This document shows, piece by piece, positions 37,457 through 51,307 of a DNA stretch of 64,000 nt (its first letter is position 1; the number at the start of each line of letters is the position of its first letter). Position numbers and translations under genes: made by a program. The notes beneath the pieces were generated by a model. That model made no database searches. It saw only the letters and a list, made by a program, of their open reading frames with translations, and was not told the origin of the DNA. Source of the stretch: Octopus sinensis (lineage: Eukaryota). The stretch covers positions 8,308,001-8,372,000 of the forward strand of contig NC_043006.1 of NCBI RefSeq assembly GCF_006345805.1. The letters run 5' to 3'.

Positions 37457-39480
37457 AGTAGCTGAATGGCCCGGCGTTGCCCGGCTTACTGCTGTTCTTA
37501 TTCAGGTAAGTAAACAATAAATATAAAGATGTATTCTCATAATCATTTCAAAATATCTGTATCTTATTTTAAGATATCCAAATTGTAATGATCATAGAAT
37601 TTCGAGCTGAAAATCTGTCAATGTTGAAGCACCTGAAGGTAAACATTATTTATTGTATAACTTTTTGTTGTTGTCCGAATGAATAAATTGCTGCCGTTTC
37701 CAGCTCGCGAGCAAGCAACATAGAGCTGGCCATGGAAGAAGCATGTAGTAGAGAGATCAAGTCCGACTACCTTAAGGGATTGAACCTGAGAATTGTTGAC
37801 TGGAATACCAAAACTTAATTTGACTGGAAACGGAAGCGTCTTAAATTCAAATGGATCGTTTGTAAGTATGAGAGGAATGTTTGGAATAAATTCACTTTCT
37901 CGTTTGTGACTACTTGTTATGATTGTAGGACATGGGGCTTCATGGAAGTCAGAATTAAGTGAGTTCCATCACACGGGCGAGATGGTTCGAGATTCCTAAG
38001 CAGCATAATGGGAGGACCCAGTTTTAGTATCAAGTAATGCATCGACATTTCAGTGTGTTTAAACGTGTTCAGAAAGTCAATAGTATATTGAATAACCTGA
38101 TCTTGATCGATTGTTCTGAATTGATCAAAAAGTCATTTCTGGTGTATCTGTTAACTTTTGAATAAAATTCATGATTGACTTTATCAATCATTTCATTAGT
38201 TGACGCTAGTATAGCTCTTTCACACAACTAGTTTACAGCAATCTAATTGACAGATAATGTAGGTAATACTTTATTTATTAGAGTGGAGGCGCAATAGCCC
38301 AGTGGTTCGGGCAGCGGACTCGCGGTCGGAGGATCGCAGTTTCGATTCCCAGACCGAGTGTGTTGTGTGTGTTTATTGGGCGAAAACGCCTAAAAGCTCC
38401 ACGAGGCTCCGGTAGTGGGTGGTAGCTACCCCTGTTGTACTCTTTCGTCACAACTTTCTCCCACTCTCTCTTCCTGTTTTTTGAGTAACGCTGCGATAGA
38501 CTGACGTCCCATCCAGCTGGGGGGAACACATACACCACAGAAACCTCATCCATGAGCCTGGCCTGGCTTGAAAAGGGCGACGTTTATCGTTTTATCTAAA
38601 AGTATCATTTGACTACATACAATCCCATGTAACTGAAGTCTTGCGTTGAATGTTCATAACCTATTACCACTCTTAAGAAGCTCATATGATCACTTTGTAG
38701 AAATACTCTCATGCTGCTTGTAATTTTTTTTTTACGTCTCCAAAGGGACGATATTTTATACCATACATTGACCTCATCAGCTTTTGATCACTTGGGGATA
38801 ACTGTCGAAAATCTCCTGCAGGAACTGTTACTCCTCCCATGAGCGTGGTATTGTTCTTTTTTTATGTCTTGGATGGTACGGTCAAGATCCACGATGTGAC
38901 AGTGTACTCATCCCAAACAATGAGGCAAGTTTTTTTGAGAAATGTTGCCTTTGCAGAATTTTTTGAAATGTTGCACATTGGAGATTCTTTAATTGGAAGG
39001 TTTAGAGGGAGCTTGAACATGGAATGAGCAATTCCTCTCCCATTGAGGAGGGTAGCTGTAATTCTAGAAGATGCAAGTATGGAAGAAGGTTAGATATCAT
39101 TTCCTCCCATTTAGGATTGCAGGTGAGAGTGACAAATTGATCTGGTTTTCCATGTCCTGACATATGTCATAGCATCTTGTGTTCGTTGGTACATATATCG
39201 AGGACCACTTGTGAATGATGATGAGGGGATTAGAATTTGCCCCATGTATTGAATCTTACCATCTGTCCTTAGAGCATTTTGGAAATGAAAATAATTTTTA
39301 GCCCTTAACTTTTTTTTATTGTCATGAATGTAGAGGAAACGCTGACCCTCAACTTTAGCATATATATCAATCAGGTATTGCTGAAATAGATCGCGATGCA
39401 TGTGTAATTGATTTGATCGTTCTGGTCACAACATCATTTGGTAAGAGCAGAAGTCATTTGACGACACCGTATTCCTGAAT
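37457..39480 (-). mobile_element. Decayed, internally deleted autonomous-type Helitron (Rep N-terminal region plus PIF1-like helicase), with 3' hairpin
   Basis: LFQQYLIDIYAKVE...LRA..Y...SSFTSGPRYM....QDAM.YVR; AHSMFKLP, LIVWDE, GDFRQ; PIMLLRNL, FPVKLSF, FFHGQLYVACSR; terminal CCGGGCAACGCCGGG...GCTAC. Confidence 0.9.
38283..38580 (+). mobile_element. tRNA-derived SINE family C nested in the Helitron
   Basis: GTGGAGGCGCAATAGCCCAGTGGTT (A box), TTCGATTCCC (B box). Confidence 0.85.
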
Positions 39481-40102
39481 TTGTTTCCCTCACCATGATA
39501 CATGGGATCTTTTAAAAAACCTTTTTGGTACTGAAATGAAAAGTAAAGGAATATTCCAAAATTATTTTGTTGTCACACATGTAACGAATTACAGAAAATT
39601 ACCATTTATTTGGAACATGTACTAAATGCAATAAAATTCATGATTGAATGTCACGGTGAAGAAAGTCAAGCTCCAAGAAAATTCAGAAGGCATCATTCAA
39701 TTTTTTATGCAAGAATAATTTATTATTTTACAATTTGGAAACGAACGATGAACAAAGTGTGTAGGAAGGAATATGTTGCTGTTGTGAACGTTAATTAATT
39801 AAAAACATTTACTGAATGATTTATGTTGCAAGACAAATGCATTTAACATTGTTACTGTCTAGGGACTCTAGGACTGGTAAAAAATCATTATTTTCAAACT
39901 GGTTATAAGGACTGGAATAACATTTCTGTAATTATATTGAAAGAGCCTGTAAGGCTTTCTACTTCGCCAAGCTTCCAAATTTGTTATAATAACCAGAAAA
40001 ACATTTTGTTTACAGATATATTTTTGCGAGTGTTGTGAGTGCCGTCAAATCAGCAAAACACATCCATGTTGGTTATAGAAACCAGAATAATATTTCAGCA
40101 CA

Positions 40103-40498
40103 TCTTTATATATAAAAGTGAAGTTGTGTGTCTGTCTCCTACGATTTAGATTCCTAAATACTCCCACATTTTGCGGTGCAGTGTAACCAAAAGCGGGTAT
40201 CTTATAGTCGTGATTTATATCGAGCCCTTCTGGGTATTAGCGCGCGTCTACGATGAGTCTACGATTTTAAAAAGAATTTACCATCAATTTTTCCCATTTT
40301 TAATGCATTTTTGGCATATATAAGGGAAGTAACTCTCTAAAACTTTATTATTAAATCTCAGAACGTAAAAAGCTACAGTAACACCCCACCTCCTTTGTGG
40401 TTAGCCATATTGAGATGGCTATTATACTTTACATCTCTAAAAATGCTTATATAGTTATTTCCCTTACAAACCCGAGCAACGCCGGGCGATACTGCTAG
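40103..40498 (+). mobile_element. Non-autonomous Helitron, complete
   Basis: A|TC...CCCGAGCAACGCCGGG...CTAG|T; shares both ends with 30620-31018 but differs internally. Confidence 0.88.
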
Positions 40499-40707
40499 TT
40501 TGTGATAATCGTTAATGCTGTTTAAACCGCAACTCTCCATGACGAAACTAAAAATACAAACTGTGGTAATCAAAAATGAAAGCTGTTGTCCGTTCAACGT
40601 CCAGGCGGCAATTCTTTCAAATTCGGCACGTTTCATAAAAATTATCACACATCCATTTACACAAACATAGACTCTGACATACAGCGACATACATATACTA
40701 AGACATA

Positions 40708-40755
<48 letters not shown>

Positions 40756-41108
40756 CGTGCGTGAGTGTGCATGAGTACGTACAAAAATGTATGTATACTC
40801 ACACACACATACACCCTCAAGCATATACTTGTCAGTAATTGTCCAAACGTATATAAGGAACGCGTAAACACACACAGACACTGACAGACACATACGCACT
40901 CATCTAGAAAATGTGCCGTCGTCGTGGTATAAAATGTGGTTTACGATAGTCCACTTACAAAGATTTAAATGTTGAACTTTTGCAATGCAAATATATAAGC
41001 GAAAATAAAGTTTAATTGGTAACAGAAGTTTTATTGAATCTTTTGATACCCCACACGTCAAAATCGCAACGCAGTTTTCGATTGCATAAGGAACATACGC
41101 ATACACGA

Positions 41109-41150
<42 letters not shown>

Positions 41151-41164
41151 TCAGACACAAAAAA

Positions 41165-41212
<48 letters not shown>

Positions 41213-42360
41213 CACCGTGATCACCGTGACCGACCAGGCTATCATATGTGCACACATATATACATATGTATGTGTGTATGTAAGCATGTATGTATGTATG
41301 TATGTATGTATGTATGTATGTATGTATGTATGTATGTATGTATGTATGTATGTGCGTCTGTATGTCTATGTCTCCGCGCGTGTGTGTGTGTGTGTGTGTG
41401 TTGTGCCATCAAATACCGGTAGGTACATAATAATAAATTGAAACCGGGCGCTTTGACACAAAAGTTTGAAGGGTCTTATCAGGAGAGCGGGGAGAGCGGG
41501 GACCCACTCTATTGGAGTTTGGGGCCTTTTTTCGAACATCCCTTACCCGGGACAATGTAACACTTGAAGTCCCATCTTATAGAACCTCTGGGGAATATTA
41601 TGTTAAATAGTTCCATCATTTGAAGTTGGAAACTCGTGCTCTCATTTTTTTAATTCTGTCTAACAGAAATATTTTCTCTGTTAAGAGGTTTAGTATATAG
41701 AAAATGTAATATTCAGTCGTTCGGGAAGTTTGTCGAAATGACCTACTCAACATCTGATAAATTTATTGTCACGAACCGTTAAACATAATTGAATTCACAT
41801 ATCCATTTTATTCCTTAGTTTCAAGCTGGTCTCTGGTAGTTTAATTGTCGCTTTATTGTATGGGAGTTGAAACTTTCCGATTTTCCATCATATAAAAAAA
41901 AAATAACACGAAGGCAGAATTTGAACTTTCATTATTATTACACATCCAACAAGTATTTACTGCTATTGCATGCCATCGAATTATAATGATGTTTGTTAAA
42001 AGTCCCCTAGGTTCCATTGTAGTTTAAAACAAAACGTGCTTCACTAATCGTTATAGCATTTGATAGGAAAGAAATGATTGCGTCCCTTGTTCGAAAACCA
42101 CGCAGATGTAGGAAATACGCTTATACGTTACCGATAAATCCATGGGAGGTAACTCTTAGTTACTTGTTTCCCTTTAATCATATATGACCGATAGACATCT
42201 ATTTATTTCTATGTGTGATCCATATAATCGTCTGAGTTTCCACTTAATGACCATCATGACAGAGCCCAAGTTGGAGCAAAGCATTCGGAGCTAAATGTTC
42301 TACCTTTCATTGCCGTCATGCCTTTTTATTAAAGCGTCTCTAATTGATCGAAATATATAA

Positions 42361-43215
42361 ATATGTATGCATGCGTGCGTGCATGTATGCATACGTGTAT
42401 GTACGTATGTATGTATGTACGGATGTATGTATGTATGCATGTATGTATGTATGTATGTATGTATGTATGTATGTATGTGTGTATGTATGTACGTATGTAT
42501 GTATGTATGTATTATGTATGTATGTATGTATTATGTATGTATGTATGCATGTATGTATGTACGTATGTATGTATGTATGTATGTATGTATGTATGTATGT
42601 ATGTATGTATGTATGTATTATGTATGTATTATGTATGTATTATGTATGTATTATGTATGTATTATGTATGTATGTATATATATATGTATGTATGTATGTA
42701 TGCATGAATGTATTATGTATGTATTATGCATGTATGTATTATGTATGCATGTATATATGTATGTATGTACGTATGTATGTATGCATGTATGTGTGTGTGT
42801 ATGTATGTATGTATGTATGTATGTATTATGTATGTATGTATGTATGTATTATGTATGTATGTATGTATGTATGTATGTATTATGTATGTATGCATGTATG
42901 TATGTATGTATTATGTATGTATGTATGCATGTATGCATGTATGTATTATATATGTATGTACGTATGTATGTATGCATGTATGTATTATATATGTATGTAC
43001 GTATGTATGTATGCATGTATATATGTATGTACGTATGTATGTATGCATGTATGTATTATGTATGTATGTATGTACGTATGTATGTATGTATGTATGCATG
43101 CATGTATGTATGTATGTATGCATGTATGTATACGTATGTATGTATGTAGTATGTATGTATGTATGCATGCATGCATGTATGTATGTATGTATGCATGTAT
43201 GCATGTATGTATGTA
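42361..43215. repeat. About 850-bp degenerate (TATG)n array
   Basis: Directly visible. Confidence 0.97.
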
Positions 43216-43494
43216 TAAGATTCGTGGATGAATGTGGGCTGGTGGTCGAATGCATATGCTTCCTTTGTCCCCGTATCCCTACCAACACGTCACAATCGGT
43301 ATGAATTTCATTACGTCCTATGTAATTTGACAGTTCAGTGTTCCAGATATGGCTGCAGTCTAATAACTGAAAAAATGTGAAAGATATAAATATGTGTATA
43401 CGTTCCTTCAAATATGTTGGTATGTGATGTAATGTGACGGCATGTGCTTGCGTGTGTGTGTGAATTTGGTGTGTATGTATGTATGTATATATAA

Positions 43495-43640
43495 GTGGAG
43501 GCTCAATGGACCAAAGATTTGGACAGCGGACTCGCGGTTGTGCGATCGCGGTTTCGATTCCCAGACCGGGCATTGTGAGTGTTTATTGAACGAAAATACC
43601 TAAAAAGCTCCACGAAGCTCCGGCAGGGGTGGTGATGGTG
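43495..43640 (+). mobile_element. SINE family C 5' fragment
   Basis: GTGGAGGC...GCGGACTCGCGG...GGTTTCGATTCCCAGACCGGGC. Confidence 0.85.
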
Positions 43641-43724
43641 ATTACGGTGATATATATATATATATATTTATACATATAGCTTCATAAGTTGTAAGCCTCT
43701 ACGTGTTCTCTTTCTATTTTGATT

Positions 43725-46545
43725 TAGAAATTTACGAGAGTGTACTGTCAGAGTTAAATACTATTAATTTAACATGTTGGGTTAAATAGCTTTGAGGCAG
43801 ATAAGCCACGGAAAAACTTTTTGTCTAGCCTGACCTAATTTAGTTACAAAAATATAAATACTGAACCCAAAATCGTTTCCATCTCTTTCATCACTTGGTA
43901 CCTAGCCGAAGAGCATCTATTTCTTTTCCTTCATTTATGGATTGTTATCGTATGACAATACAACATTCACCCTATCTGCTCGTCAATCAAGAGTGTCTAC
44001 CTCACTTGCTCTTTCTCTATTCTCTGTCCGTTCCTCTAGCATTCACACAAAAATGACGTTAACTACCTATAAACTGGATAACAAAACGACAAATTATCAC
44101 TGTATAACAACAATTCGAAGAAGCTGTATCTTACTTTGAAACGATAAAAATAAAGAACTATTTCAATTAATAATAGTATATATTGCTACGTATAAATCGT
44201 TCATTTGTTGCTACATATAAATCGTTACAATTATGGTGACTCCCGAATATGCGCCTCATCATGAACCAAATATAAAAACTTCTATGAGTGGAGAGGCCGA
44301 TGTTTGAACAGTATATATCAATAAAATATTTTTCTATTGCATGTTTGAATAGCACATATCAACATAATATTTCGATTGCATTTACAATTATTTTGAATTC
44401 TTTAAGCAATTAAACAATAAAGCACCTTACTCATTCACGGATCCGTGAATCAATAAGGAAACAAAAAATATATGCAGTCCCGTATCCAAATTCCTTAATT
44501 AAATTTCAATTGAAAAAAAAAATAAAAGAAAGCAGCCGACTGAAACAGACTTTGGAGAACATCCCTATTGCATCCCCGTAAGCTTATGTTGCTGCTGGAC
44601 CTATGCCTGAACTTCACTCGATGGTGCTCATACAGATATCTTGCTAACATGTGGATCAACATCACTGAAACTATGAAAGTCCACAAGCGACAATATTTTC
44701 GGTAGTCACACACACTTCTTCATGCGTCCAGTAGTTCAAATCCTTTGTCCTGCAACAGGTAGAAACGGACACATTTGCAAATATAATTTCAGACTCTGAA
44801 GAACTCTTTCTTCGCATAAACCTCATCTTTTCTTGCATTTCAGTACAAGGTCACAGGCAACGAACACTCGAACCATTCAAGTTTGTTATTCCATTTTCCC
44901 TTCATTGTTTACTTTTCATTTTCTTCTCTTAACAGTAATGTCCGTTCTGCAAGCATTTATTTGTTTACGTGATTGCGTGTTTGTACGCCCACAGCCCAAT
45001 TATGTTCAAATTTAATACAGCGTTCACTCCACGAAGTCAAATAATTCACGCGCATGCACACCGTTACGATGTCTCCTTCTCTCAAGCCGCTTGCATAGCA
45101 TTCCTTTCATACACACGTATCGCACATTATTTTCTTTTGCCTGCTTTCTGCTGCACGTTTTCTCATAAATATTTGCAGTTTTTCACAGGTTAATAACCTT
45201 TGCAGCACTATTCAATATTTTTCTTTAAAAAAATATCAGCGTTCTTACGCACGTACACAATCCATCCATCCATCCATCCATCCATCCATCCATCCATCCA
45301 TCAATCCATCCATCCATCCATCCACCAATCCATCCATCCATGTCTACATCCAGTTTCACACACGCATCTCAATATATATGCTTTCATTGGCTTGTTTCCC
45401 ATGTTTGTGCTTATTCACAACTCAACGCATGTCGAATGTCTTGTTGAGATATGGAACACGGACCACGTTTTCTGCGACCTCGCTCCCAGAAACCCCGCAC
45501 TTATCTCTATACGACCCCACTTTGGTCACGATATATAAAGAAATATTTTACCTGTCTCAACGTGCCAGCGCGTTTCTTATAATTTGTCGTCCTTGCGGAT
45601 TTACCTACTGCAATTACACACGACCACAACGCCAGACATTCTATACCTCTGAATTTATCACAGAATGAACACTTCCGTCAGACATTTTCCCTTCGCACCA
45701 TGGATTGAGAATGACCCTCTTTTCTCAGCTCCTTTCACCGAATGTCCGCAGTTGTACCGTTTTCTCGCTCAAGTATAAGCAATCCGTTGTTGAGTCACGT
45801 GCACGCTCTCTTAACCCTGTCATGAAACCGAAACATACGAAGCCCAAACTGGCCCCTTTGCAAACAAAGCGTCATTGCATACTATCCAAACCCACTCGAA
45901 TAAATACCTGTCCTGTATATATCACCTCAGAGTCCCCCTCCTCATATCTATGGGTTTTTTTCCGGCCCTGCATCCCATCCACCTGTATTCTATGTACCTG
46001 ACATTCACAATTCAGAATGCTGTTTTGGTTTTGCATAGTGCTCACTTCTGCAACTTTGCTATTCGGTTTTTTTTTTAACTCCTATACGTGGTGGATATGT
46101 TACTAATAGCTTCCTAGATTTGAAACCAGGATACGAAACCGAGTCTACATTTTTCTTCCTGCTGTTCTCGACATTTACTTGGAAATTTACGAGAGTCCAC
46201 TGTCACACTTAGTTAAGATCTATTGTTTGTTAAATTTGGTTCAGGGAAACACAAAACGAAAAGTTATTTGTCTGACCTCACCTAATTTAGTCATTTGGCG
46301 CCAAGCAAAAGAGTATGTATTTTTCTAGCTTCACTTATGGATTGTCATCACGCGACAATACAACTTTCAGTCTACCTACTTGTCAGTCCAGGAAAGTGGA
46401 CTCTCTTTCTCACTCCTCTTTTTCCATCCGTTCTTTTAACAGTCACACTTAGATGAAGTTAACTACCCACGGCAAATTATCAATGTGTAACGACTCGAAG
46501 AAGCTATATACTTTAGACTGTAGCGATTAAAGAACCACTTCAATA
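43725..46545 (+). repeat. Diverged direct repeats of about 400 bp (43725-44167 and 46180-46545)
   Basis: Colinear shared words GAAATTTACGAGAGT, ACCTAATTTAGT, TTATGGATTGT, GACAATACAAC, GTTAACTACC, CAAATTATCA, TCGAAGAAGCT, TAAAGAAC. Confidence 0.75.
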
Positions 46546-46782
46546 CATAATAATATTTCATCTCGTTTATTTGCTACATATAAAATGTTGCATAACACAT
46601 GCGTATGTGTGTGTATGTGTGTATGTGTGTGTGTGTGTGTGTAAACCCATCTTATCATTCCTGTTTCTACTTGAAACTTATACTAAGTATGACATTTTAA
46701 AATTTCAATCACAGCTGTTTCTTAGTAGTAACAAAACGATCATTTTGGGGATAAAATTTTGTTGATATGTAATCATTATCAC

Positions 46783-46823
<41 letters not shown>

Positions 46824-46826
<3 letters not shown>

Positions 46827-47379
46827 GCCCTGATGCAGTACCAGGCAGTTGCTCTCGTGGCTTCTGATCTTAACTGATTGGAAGTGTTATCATGTACATT
46901 GTTTTGTCATCGTATAAAAGATGGGCTACAGCAAATATTCTGCTCAATACCACAGATTTGCTTGTCAGTTGTTTGACCTTAACCAGTTGAGCATGTCCCT
47001 TAGTGGCTGACGATATGTGCATCTCTGATCACGAGCAGAAGTAGTGGGGGAGCATCATAGCCATGTGTTGAGAGGGATTCTTTGGGTTAGAATAATTCAC
47101 CTCTGGAAACATGGGTGGTTCTTTCAACATCCTTAAACAACCCTTATTCAGGGACCATTTGAGCGGGATGGGCTACTCAACCTGAAGAAAATTCTAACTG
47201 GCTCCCACCTGCAAGGTCTTGTGCTGTTTATCTTGATATGAGATCACCATGTCGCGCACATATGGTTGTGATGCATGTGCCTGGTGTACCCTTATCAGAC
47301 GGGTAGTCATGATGGGTATATTGGGTTTCGTATATTTTACCCCAGTGTCACTTTGATGGCATGAACTGCTCTCTCACTC
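46824..47379 (+). mobile_element. Family F element (longer copy) inserted in (AAT)n
   Basis: Begins AATGCCCTGATGCAGTACCAGG, ends CTCTCTCACTC(AAT)n; homologous to 19577-20115. Confidence 0.85.
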
Positions 47380-47397
47380 AATAATAATACTAATAAT

Positions 47398-47450
<53 letters not shown>

Positions 47451-47455
47451 TAACG

Positions 47456-47486
<31 letters not shown>

Positions 47487-47503
47487 TAATGATAATAATA
47501 ATA

Positions 47504-47552
<49 letters not shown>

Positions 47553-47566
47553 TAATAATAATAATG

Positions 47567-47641
<75 letters not shown>

Positions 47642-47648
47642 TGATAAT

Positions 47649-47681
<33 letters not shown>

Positions 47682-47721
47682 AATAATAATGATAATAATA
47701 ATAATAATAATAACAATAATG

Positions 47722-47752
<31 letters not shown>

Positions 47753-47783
47753 TAATGATAAATAATAATAATAATGATAGTAA

Positions 47784-47815
<32 letters not shown>

Positions 47816-47880
47816 ATAATAATAATAATGATAATATAATAATAATATAATAATAATAATGATAATAATAACAATAATAA

Positions 47881-47912
<32 letters not shown>

Positions 47913-47924
47913 ATATAATAATAA

Positions 47925-47972
<48 letters not shown>

Positions 47973-48050
47973 TAATAATAATAATAATAATAACAATAAT
48001 GATAATAATAATAATGATAATAATAATAATGATGATGATGATAATAATAA
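47380..48050. repeat. Degenerate (AAT)n array
   Basis: Directly visible. Confidence 0.97.
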
Positions 48051-48580
48051 TATGCTTCTCTAGCATCCCACTTAATTAAACCGTTTGAAATGTCTCTAAT
48101 AATTTTCTTTTGCCGGTGTAGCTCTGTTTGATGTCAGTCCCTATGAAGGACATCTATGGTGAGAAACAGAAACCGCCTAACGCAGAAACAGCCTAACGCA
48201 CGTTGTAACCTAAGTAAATTACATGTACAGTAATATATAACCACGAGCTCATTATAAACAGTGGTCCGGTGAACTGCGATCTATAAGATAGGGTTAAATG
48301 AATGGAGAGAAGACTGCAATGACAGAAGTAAAAAAGAGAATGGTAGCTAAATGTTCCTCATTGAATGAAGTAGAAAAGAAAAAAAAAAGAATAGAAGCAG
48401 AGAAGATAGAAAGGTGTAAAACTGACATAATGAGGAAAGGGCATAGAGTTACGTTAAATGTAACGTTGGGATTTTTCAAGAATAGTGTATGTCGAAAGTT
48501 AACCGTTACGGTTAGTTCCTTTAATGCTTCGACAATTGTGAGCGTGTAAAATTGTTTCCGAAAATCGTGGCCCCCACGTT

Positions 48581-48804
48581 ACTCTTTTACTCTTTTACTT
48601 GTTTCAGTCATTTCACTGCGGCCATGCTGGAGCACCGCCTTTAGTCGAGCAAATCGACCCCGGGACTTATTCTTTGTAAGCCCAGTACTTATCCTATCGG
48701 TCTCTTTTGCCGAACCGCTAAGTGACGGGGACGTAAACACACCAGCATCGGTTGTCAAGCAATGCTAGAGGGACAAACACAGACACACAAACACACACAC
48801 ACAT

Positions 48805-48857
<53 letters not shown>

Positions 48858-49022
48858 TACGACAGGCTTCTTTCAGTTTCCGTCTACCAAATCCACTCAC
48901 AAGGCATTGGTCGGCCCGGGGCTATAGCAGAAGACACTTGCCCAAGATGCCACGCAGTGGGACTGAACCCAGAACCATGTGGTTGGTTAGTAAGCTACTT
49001 ACCACACAGCCACTCCTGCGCC
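48581..49022 (-). mobile_element. SINE family A, full length
   Basis: Reverse complement of family A; short possible TSD (CC)ACGTT. Confidence 0.92.
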
Positions 49023-49190
49023 ACGTTGCTTATATATATTTAACAGCTTGTCTACCGGTGGTTGGTGTATTAAATTATAAAAGGTGACCAAATTTCTCTT
49101 GGAAATATAGTGGGTGATCTTCTACCCAGTGACTGCCAGCAATATTTCACTAAAAGACTAGCCTCAAAAGTACTTGCCCAAGCTGTCATA

Positions 49191-49628
49191 TCTCTCTATA
49201 TAAACGGCAGTTTGTCTGTCTGTGTGTCTGTGCGTCTGTCAGGTTGTACCCTCACCCTGACCACGGCTTTCAACCGATTCTGATGAAACTTGACACACAC
49301 ATAGCCCAATGTCATAATTCAAAACTAACGTAGCGAAAATTTTGAAAAGTTCCCCCAGTTCTGAAAGAAATCGATAAATTCGACATGGGGTCGAGAATCT
49401 AAGCTTTTTATATGCAACACATTTTCTGTCTAGGGGACACAATTCGACCTTTTTATCGCCCAAAGGGACAGCTAGGAACATCGTATACACAGAAGTATTC
49501 GAGTGAAGAGAAGACATTGCAACCTACACATGAACCTTCGTTCCCTAGAGGGAAAGGACTAGATTGGGATTAGTCGTTGCCTACTAGGGGCTCTTACATA
49601 CCCGGGCAACACCGGGCTATGCTGCTAG
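49191..49628 (+). mobile_element. Non-autonomous Helitron, second family
   Basis: A|TCTCTCTATATAAA start; CCCGGGCAACACCGGG hairpin; CTAG|T end. Confidence 0.82.
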
Positions 49629-49808
49629 TGCAATGATATAGAACACGGAATCGGGTGTATATATGCAAAATTCTTAACCGTTTAACCATGCTGATTCTAA
49701 AGGTTTCTTATGTAATTTTCAATACTTTCTTGAGGTCAGCTCACTTCTGTGATAGTAAGAAACGTGGTAAATCCATCATTGTAAATCATATGAAGAAATT
49801 GTAATTCT

Positions 49809-50048
49809 GGCGGCGAGCTGGCAGAACCGTTAGAACGCCGGGTGAATGCGTAGCAGTATTTCATCTGCCGTTACGTTCTGAGTTCAAATTCCGCCGAGGT
49901 CGACTTTGCCTTTCATCCTTTCGGGGTCAATAAATTAAGTACCAGTTATGCACTGGGGTCGATATAATCGACTTAATCCGTTTGTCTATCCTTGTTTGTC
50001 CCCTCTCTGTTTAGCCCCTTGTAGGTAATAAAGAAACAATAACGAAAC
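49809..50048 (+). mobile_element. SINE family B monomer with TSD
   Basis: AGAAATTGTAAT(T/C)CT at 49794-49808 and 50049-50063. Confidence 0.9.
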
Positions 50049-50870
50049 AGAAATTGTAATCCTGATATATTTTATAGAATAAATGCTGTCTGATAATGTC
50101 GTCCAGATTATCACCGTATCAATGGTCTTCTATTGCCAAATATTTCCGGACAAAGTAATTGCAGTTGGATTAAAATACCCGTAAAATACTGAGATCAAAA
50201 AGTTTCTGATGGGTTACAGACTTATATTTCTCTTCTGTTTGAAAGTAATTTACTTCTCATACGTTTGTTAGTCACGTAACACTTTCCTGGTAGCAAGCAG
50301 GCTGACAATGTAACTTGAGAAACAAATCAGCTTCAAAACAAATGAAAAATTTAAGCATTTAAAATGTATAACCATTAAAAATGTTATAGATTGTATAGCA
50401 AAAATATTTTAATTGAGATAAACAAGCATAAAATACTTTGAAAAATGAAAAACCGTTGAATTACAACTTGCTTTGGTCTTTGTATATGGTAAAATCCCAC
50501 AAACATCAACGACTATCGGAAATTAAAAGAGTTTCCAGAATCCACAATAAATTAACCAGCGTCGGCACAAATTCTAAAGAGATATTTTAAAGAGAGCCCA
50601 CAAATGTACAATTCAGAGAACTTCATATTATTGTCTGAAATTCAGTTACAGTCACTATTTGACGGTACTATTTTAGACAAAGTATGCAGTAATTTTAAGA
50701 GAAATTATTAATATTAAAAATGGAATTGTTACAACAGAGCTGATTCACTGGGAATGCTCATATTTAATAATTGTATGATAAACTTCATACCTATGTAATT
50801 ATCACTCTGTGAAAACTTTCATGCGTTGATATACAAGCTTAAATCTTACTTGCCAGTTTAATATATATAT

Positions 50871-50951
<81 letters not shown>

Positions 50952-51249
50952 TTATATAATAAGAATAAGATCGTTAATTTAATTATCGATCTTATCAAGT
51001 GGCCAGCATGGGAATAAAAAACCTTCAAATGTAATAATTACTATTAAAATTATAATTGAGGGTGTCTAAGAGATACCTCCACACTGGAAATAGCAACCAA
51101 AACCTGACTCTAAAATCACATTAAATGCGGGCAATGTAAACTAGCCGTGTGCATACGTGCATATATATGTATGTATACGTTCGTAAATGTAAGTATTCAT
51201 AAGTTATATGTATATATATATATGTGTATTTATGTTACTATCTGTGTAT

Positions 51250-51307
51250 ATTCCGCTGATGAGGCAAAGCATTTCTTATGCAAAGCCAGAAATCCGGGAT
51301 CAGGAAT
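51250..51307 (+). ncRNA. Type-I hammerhead motif
   Basis: AUUCCG-CUGAUGA-GGC aaa GCAU uucuu AUGC aaa GCC-A-GAAA-UCCGGGA-UC-AGGAAU; bipartite stem II, near-palindromic stem III. Confidence 0.7.

Noticed and set aside
44433-44450. 18-bp palindrome ATTCACGGATCCGTGAAT
   Set aside because: Short and isolated; could occur by chance in 64 kb
44670-45997. Possible minus-strand exons (45908-45997 open 30 codons with AG/GT; 45552-45604; acceptor near 44750)
   Set aside because: Phases are inconsistent (stop in the middle exon), no recognisable domain, and no transcript evidence available
46824-46900. HDV-like ribozyme or U2 snRNA-derived head in family F
   Set aside because: Could not build P1/P2/P3 by eye; U2 resemblance is limited to about 10 nt
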